Shown here: positions 16,830-21,408 of the stretch, in pieces
Numbering within the stretch: position 1 is the stretch's first letter
Layout of the letters: every line of letters begins with the position of its first letter
Assembly: GCA_035285545.1 (NCBI GenBank)
Contig: JAYKGY010000034.1
Location: forward strand, 1-21,408
Length of the DNA stretch: 21,408 nucleotides
Direction of reading: 5' to 3'
Source of the DNA: Snowella sp.
GTDB lineage: Bacteria > Cyanobacteriota > Cyanobacteriia > Cyanobacteriales > Microcystaceae
Notes under the pieces: model-generated
What the model was told of the DNA's origin: nothing
Database searches by the model: none
What the model saw: only the letters and a program-made list of their open reading frames with translations
Position numbers and translations under genes: made by a program

Positions 16830-18320
16830 CTATTTTTGAGCAATGGGTTGGGATTCAGAAATCGGAAATTGGGCAATTATGGCGTTTGTTGTCGGCTCGA
16901 TCCAGCGCACTAAATAATTAGGTTGAATTCCTAAAAAGAGGATGATAACGGTTAAAACTAGTGCGGGAACGGTTTCCGAGGCTAAGACCTTGGGATAGTA
17001 GGCTAATCGATTGTCTAATTTGCCGAAACAGGTACGATTTAAAAGAATTACGAAATAAACTGCTGTTAAACCCGATGCAATAATACAGAGCAGGGTTGGA
17101 ATAGGAAAAGTAGCAAAACTGCCCTGAAAAACAATGAATTCAGCCGCAAATCCCACTAATCCAGGAATCCCCGCACTGGCCATGCCGGCGGTAATTAATA
17201 AGGCACTGGTTAAAGGGAGTCCTCGAATCGGGTTCATTAAACCATTAAGGATATCGAGATCGCGAGTCCCTGCTTTGCGTTCGACAACGCCAACCAGATG
17301 AAAGAGTAAAGCTAAAATTAAGCCATGACTAATCATTTGGGCGACTGCCCCCAAAATACTGAGTTGATTGCCCGCCGCCGTTGCAACGAGAATATAGCCC
17401 ATGTGACCGATAGAACTATAGGCCACCATCCGTTTAATGTCTTTTTGGGCGATCGCGCTTAAGGCTCCATAGAGAACTGTAATCGTCCCAATCACCGCTA
17501 GCCCTGGGGCAAAGATTGACCAGGCTTCAGGAAATAGCTGTAAACCAAACCGAATAAGACCATAGGTTCCTAATTTTGCTAAAATTCCGCCCAATAAAAT
17601 TGCCGTAGCTGGAGACGCTTCCGTATAGGCATCGGGTAACCAAGTGTGTAAAGGAACAAGGGGAATTTTGATGCCAAAACCCACCACAATGAGGCCTAAT
17701 AAAATTAATTGAGCATTAATCTCAAAGCCTTGGGTTATGAGGGGATTATAATCAAAATTTGCCGTATTGCTCAATAAACCAATTCCTAGAAACGCCGCCA
17801 GAACTAACAAACCAGAAATGGCCGTATAGAGCAAAAATTTAATAGAGGCATAACCCCGTTTTTCTCCCCCCCAAATGGCAATCATTAAATAGAAAGGGAT
17901 TAATTCCAGTTCATAGAAAATAATAAATAGGATTAAATTCTCGGCCATCAACGCCCCGGAAATTCCCGCATTGATAAACAAAATCAACGCATAATAAAGA
18001 CGCGATCGGTCTAAATTGGGGCCAATACTATAGATAGCAACGCCTGTTAACAAACAATTCAGAATAATTAACGGTAAAGACAAACCATCAATCCCTAAGC
18101 TGTAGCTTAAGCCAATTTGCGGAATCCAAGTTAAATATTCCTGAAATTGAAAATTGGGATCGCTGAGATTAAATTGGCTCAGTAACCATAGCGACCACCC
18201 CAGGGTTAATACTGCAAAAATTTCAGTGATCTGTCTAAGTTTTTTGGCTTCTAAGTTGCCGGGGAAAAAGCCAATAATTAAGGCTCCAATCGCGGGTAAA
18301 ATCAGTAAATTGCTCAGCAT
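16830..18320 (-). CDS. ndhD3: NAD(P)H dehydrogenase subunit D3 (NuoM-like, high-affinity CO2 uptake)
   Basis: GIKIPLVPLHTWLPDAY, KLGTYG, KRMVAYSSIGHMG, LNGLMNPIRGLP; cupA context. Confidence 0.9.
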   Translation of the reverse strand: MLSNLLILPAIGALIIGFFPGNLEAKKLRQITEIFAVLTLGWSLWLLSQFNLSDPNFQFQEYLTWIPQIGLSYSLGIDGLSLPLIILNCLLTGVAIYSIGPNLDRSRLYYALILFINAGISGALMAENLILFIIFYELELIPFYLMIAIWGGEKRGYASIKFLLYTAISGLLVLAAFLGIGLLSNTANFDYNPLITQGFEINAQLILLGLIVVGFGIKIPLVPLHTWLPDAYTEASPATAILLGGILAKLGTYGLIRFGLQLFPEAWSIFAPGLAVIGTITVLYGALSAIAQKDIKRMVAYSSIGHMGYILVATAAGNQLSILGAVAQMISHGLILALLFHLVGVVERKAGTRDLDILNGLMNPIRGLPLTSALLITAGMASAGIPGLVGFAAEFIVFQGSFATFPIPTLLCIIASGLTAVYFVILLNRTCFGKLDNRLAYYPKVLASETVPALVLTVIILFLGIQPNYLVRWIEPTTNAIIAQFPISESQPIAQK

Positions 18321-18385
18321 TTTTCTATAAATAGATAAAAGAAGAAAAAGGGATAAATTTTAATAAGAAATCAATCTAAAAGCCG

Positions 18386-19114
18386 CTAACTCAAAAGAGA
18401 AACTTGGTTGGTATTCAAATCATAGTAAGCTCCTACGATTTTTAATTGATTTTTACGGATTAATTCACTCAAAACGGGAGATTGGGTTAATTGCTTAACT
18501 TGATACAGAACATTCGTTTTTACGGCTTGTTCTAAGTTAGGGGAACTAGCCTTGGTCTCAGTTGCCGTCAAACCTATTTGAATCTCCTCGACTAAGCGGT
18601 CAATTTCTCTCGAAAAATGTTTCTTTTCGAGGGTCGCTTTAACGGCTCCGCATCCTTGATGTCCCATCACCATCAAAACTTTAGCCCCTAAAACCCAGGT
18701 GCCAAATTCTAGACTGCCGATTTCTTCGGGTGTGGCAATATTGCCGGCAACACGACAGACAAATAAATCCCCAAACCCTTGATCGAAAATCATTTCCGCA
18801 GGGACTCTCGAATCAGCGCAACAGAGCAGGGCAGCAAAGGGGGTTTGTTGTTGAGCCACTTCGGTTAACCGTTCGGGCGTTTGATGGGGATTAAGGCGTT
18901 TGCGTTCAATAAAACGTTGATTGCCCGCTAATAAGGTTGCTAACGCTTCATCGGGGGTAATGGGATTGTTTCCTAACGTTTGGGGAGCAGCGATCGCGGG
19001 ATTAGATAACCCGTTGCCTAAAATCGTAGCCATTAGACTGGTGCCAAGCAAACCGCCACCATACTGTAAAAGATGACGGCGATTCAGCGTCGGGGGAAGC
19101 AAGGCAGTTGACAT
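18386..19114 (-). CDS. Beta-class carbonic anhydrase with twin-arginine signal peptide (EcaB-like)
   Basis: NRRHLL Tat motif, hydrophobic stretch, AIA cleavage site; zinc ligands CADSR and HQGCG. Confidence 0.88.
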   Translation of the reverse strand: MSTALLPPTLNRRHLLQYGGGLLGTSLMATILGNGLSNPAIAAPQTLGNNPITPDEALATLLAGNQRFIERKRLNPHQTPERLTEVAQQQTPFAALLCCADSRVPAEMIFDQGFGDLFVCRVAGNIATPEEIGSLEFGTWVLGAKVLMVMGHQGCGAVKATLEKKHFSREIDRLVEEIQIGLTATETKASSPNLEQAVKTNVLYQVKQLTQSPVLSELIRKNQLKIVGAYYDLNTNQVSLLS

Positions 19115-19176
19115 TCAGGTCTCCTAAAAATGTCTGAACAATGAAGGGATTAACGTCTCAAAATGGCTGGCAATGC

Positions 19177-21027
19177 TTAGGGCAATGCTGTCGATAACAA
19201 AGGATAAATTAACAGTCCTGCAATCAGCGCAATCCCTAAGACAATTGACAAAACATAAAATTGCGTTTGACCAGAAACATTATATTTAAGGGTTTGTCCC
19301 CCAAAAACCGTTGCTAACCCGACTAAATTCACCACCCCATCCACAATGAATTTGTCTAACCAATCGACAATTTTGGAAATAATACCCACAAACGCGACAA
19401 TCGTAACTTTATAAAATTGGGCGGTGTACATATCGTAGGCAAAGAAATCTTGCAACGCTTTCGAGGGGAGTTGAACAGGCTTGGGAATTTGAGGGTTGAG
19501 GTAGATAAAGGCGGCTAGTCCTGAACCGAATACCGTTGAACCGACTAATAAACCTGAAATGGTTAAATTTATTTCTGCCAAAGCGGGTAAAATTCCCCAT
19601 TGTTGCAGAATTAAGGGAATATGGAGCGCAAATCCGACCGTTACCACCATTGGGACTACTAACGGCCACAAAGCTTCTGGCGATCGCACCGTCATCGGTT
19701 TGGGTTGCCCTAAAAAGATCAGGGTGAATTCACGGGTTAAACTAAAGGCCGTTAAGCCATTAACCAACAATAAAACCCCCGCTAACCAAGGATAATGAAC
19801 CGTCAATTCACTGGCCATTGCTTGAAAAGACCAGAAACCGCCCAAGGGAGGAACCGCAACCAGAGAAGCCGCCCCAATCAGATAGCTAATACCGGAAACC
19901 GGACGACGTGACCATAAACCGCCATATTGGGTTAAATCTTGGGTAACGTTATTCCAAACAATTCCTCCGATTGCCATGACCAAAATAGACATTCCCAGTG
20001 CGTAGGTAAATAACAAGGTTAAAGCCGTTTCCTCTTGATTACTACCGACGGCAATAAACACTAATCCCATGTAGGCACTGACGGAGTAGGACAAAGAACG
20101 TTTAATATCAATTTGCGCGATCGCAATTAAAGAAGCCCCAATCGCCGTAACTGTCCCAATCGAGATCATGACCACAGAAGTAATTGGAGAAAGCGCTAAA
20201 ACAGGTTGCAGCTTAACTAAGACCCAGGCTCCAGTTGAAACAACAATTGTATTCCGTAAAATCGTGGCAGGTAACGGGCCTTCCATCGCTTCATCTAACC
20301 AGAGATGTAACGGAAATTGAGCACATTTTCCCAAAGGCCCCGCGATTAAACTCAGACATAGTAGCGTAGCAACCGTAGAGTTGAGTTCCGCCGTTTCTGC
20401 CCATTGAGCCAACGCATCATAATTCCACGTTCCCGCTAAAGGTAGCAGGGCAACAACCCCCATTAATAAAATCAAGTCTCCGATCCGTTTGGTTAAGAAA
20501 GCATCTCTCGCTCCGGTCACCACTAAGGATTGATTAAACCAATAGCCAATTAACAAGTAAGTTCCTAGCGTTAAAATTTCGAGGACAACATAACTAAAGA
20601 AAAGGGAATTGCAGAGAACCAGGGTACAGATCCCCGCTTCAAACAAGGCAATTAATGCATAGAATCGTGCCCAGCCCCAATCCATTTCTAGGTAACCCAC
20701 TGCATAAACTTGAGCTGCTAGATTGAGTCCCGTGATCAGCACTAACGCACCGACGGTTACCGCAGAAACAACAATATCAAAGGTAATCGTTAAATTTGCA
20801 GCTTGTAGCCAGGTGAACGATTGATAAATTGGGTCATGATGCCAGATGGCAGCGAGGGCTAACAAACTATGGACAAAACCTATCAAGGTCATCAAAATAT
20901 TGATATAACCTGATGGTCTGGGCCCCGTTTGTCGAATAATACTCGGTGACCACGGCAGGGCTAAAATCCCCCCCAATAAGATATAGCAAGGAACCAACCA
21001 GACACTCTGGCTGAAAATCTCTAACAT
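19177..21027 (-). CDS. ndhF3: NAD(P)H dehydrogenase subunit F3 (NuoL-like, high-affinity CO2 uptake)
   Basis: TGPRP.GY.N, YLEMDWGWARF, KCAQFPLHLWLDEAMEGP, SGQTQFY; first gene of the cupA cluster. Confidence 0.92.
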   Translation of the reverse strand: MLEIFSQSVWLVPCYILLGGILALPWSPSIIRQTGPRPSGYINILMTLIGFVHSLLALAAIWHHDPIYQSFTWLQAANLTITFDIVVSAVTVGALVLITGLNLAAQVYAVGYLEMDWGWARFYALIALFEAGICTLVLCNSLFFSYVVLEILTLGTYLLIGYWFNQSLVVTGARDAFLTKRIGDLILLMGVVALLPLAGTWNYDALAQWAETAELNSTVATLLCLSLIAGPLGKCAQFPLHLWLDEAMEGPLPATILRNTIVVSTGAWVLVKLQPVLALSPITSVVMISIGTVTAIGASLIAIAQIDIKRSLSYSVSAYMGLVFIAVGSNQEETALTLLFTYALGMSILVMAIGGIVWNNVTQDLTQYGGLWSRRPVSGISYLIGAASLVAVPPLGGFWSFQAMASELTVHYPWLAGVLLLVNGLTAFSLTREFTLIFLGQPKPMTVRSPEALWPLVVPMVVTVGFALHIPLILQQWGILPALAEINLTISGLLVGSTVFGSGLAAFIYLNPQIPKPVQLPSKALQDFFAYDMYTAQFYKVTIVAFVGIISKIVDWLDKFIVDGVVNLVGLATVFGGQTLKYNVSGQTQFYVLSIVLGIALIAGLLIYPLLSTALP

Positions 21028-21162
21028 AGCGATTCCCCGTAAACTAACGGCTAGTAGGAAAATTGGCGATTTGGTGTTGACTCAATTCCCAAAAGGATTG
21101 GAGCGATCATGACGACTGTTTCCTGGGACAGAAACAGCAAGATTGACAACGCTTTTTCCCTT

Positions 21163-21273
21163 TCATAGAGTTAAGTGTATCCTGTTTTAATCATCATAGA
21201 CTTAAGCAAATAGGTTTGTAAATACCATTGAAGTTTTTGATGATAAGAACTTTTAATCATTGATAAAAGCTTT
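21163..21273 (-). promoter_or_regulatory. ndhF3 upstream region with candidate LysR (NdhR/CcmR) operators
   Basis: TCATAGA(G/C)TTAAG twice (21163-21175, 21194-21206); ATAG-N8-GTAT (21165-21180); TGAT-N11-ATCA (21241-21259); TCAATG twice on the minus strand. Confidence 0.5.
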
Positions 21274-21408
21274 ACTTGAAGTAGGGGTAAAGGTAGCGAA
21301 GCTGCAACGAAGTGCCACTCAAAAGCCAGATTCAAGTGCTGGCAAAGGTTTCAGAGAAATTTTTGACGTTTCAATCTAACCAAAAATCCTTAAAACGTCC
21401 AGGCGCTA

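Noticed and set aside
3411..19795. Short ORFs nested in or antisense to larger genes (e.g. 3411-3605, 4527-4778, 5858-6064, 8149-8538, 15587-16036, 16322-16747, 19409-19795)
   Set aside because: They overlap well-supported genes and show no motifs; treated as shadow ORFs.
21028..21408. ndhR (ccmR) gene or RNA gene upstream of ndhF3
   Set aside because: No LysR-like ORF or recognisable tRNA/ncRNA in the available sequence.

Overview
Cyanobacterial chromosomal window (about 16 HIP1 GCGATCGC octamers counted by eye in 5.5-21.4 kb) with two parts. (1) Positions 1-5465 are an AT-rich, HIP1-poor island inserted 25 bp downstream of the glmS stop codon (attTn7). It begins with a recognisable Tn7-type right end (terminal TGT plus three TnsB-like repeats at 20-bp period) and a 29-codon tnsA remnant. 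Its cargo is a divergent tRNA-guanine-transglycosylase-like (DpdA-like) gene, a DGQHR DndB/DpdB-family gene, a small ribbon-helix-helix protein and a DpdJ-like SF2 helicase. Together these make a candidate variant 7-deazaguanine (Dpd-like) DNA modification/defence system that continues beyond the left edge. (2) Positions 5466-21408 are core genome: glmS, a DUF3172 gene, a persulfide detoxification cluster (TauE, DUF3122, BigR/SqrR-type ArsR, ETHE1-like dioxygenase, rhodanese), and a consolidated inorganic-carbon uptake cluster ndhF3 / Tat beta-carbonic anhydrase / ndhD3 / bicA-like / nhaS3 / cupA / cupS. Family assignments come from remembered motifs; no database searches were run.
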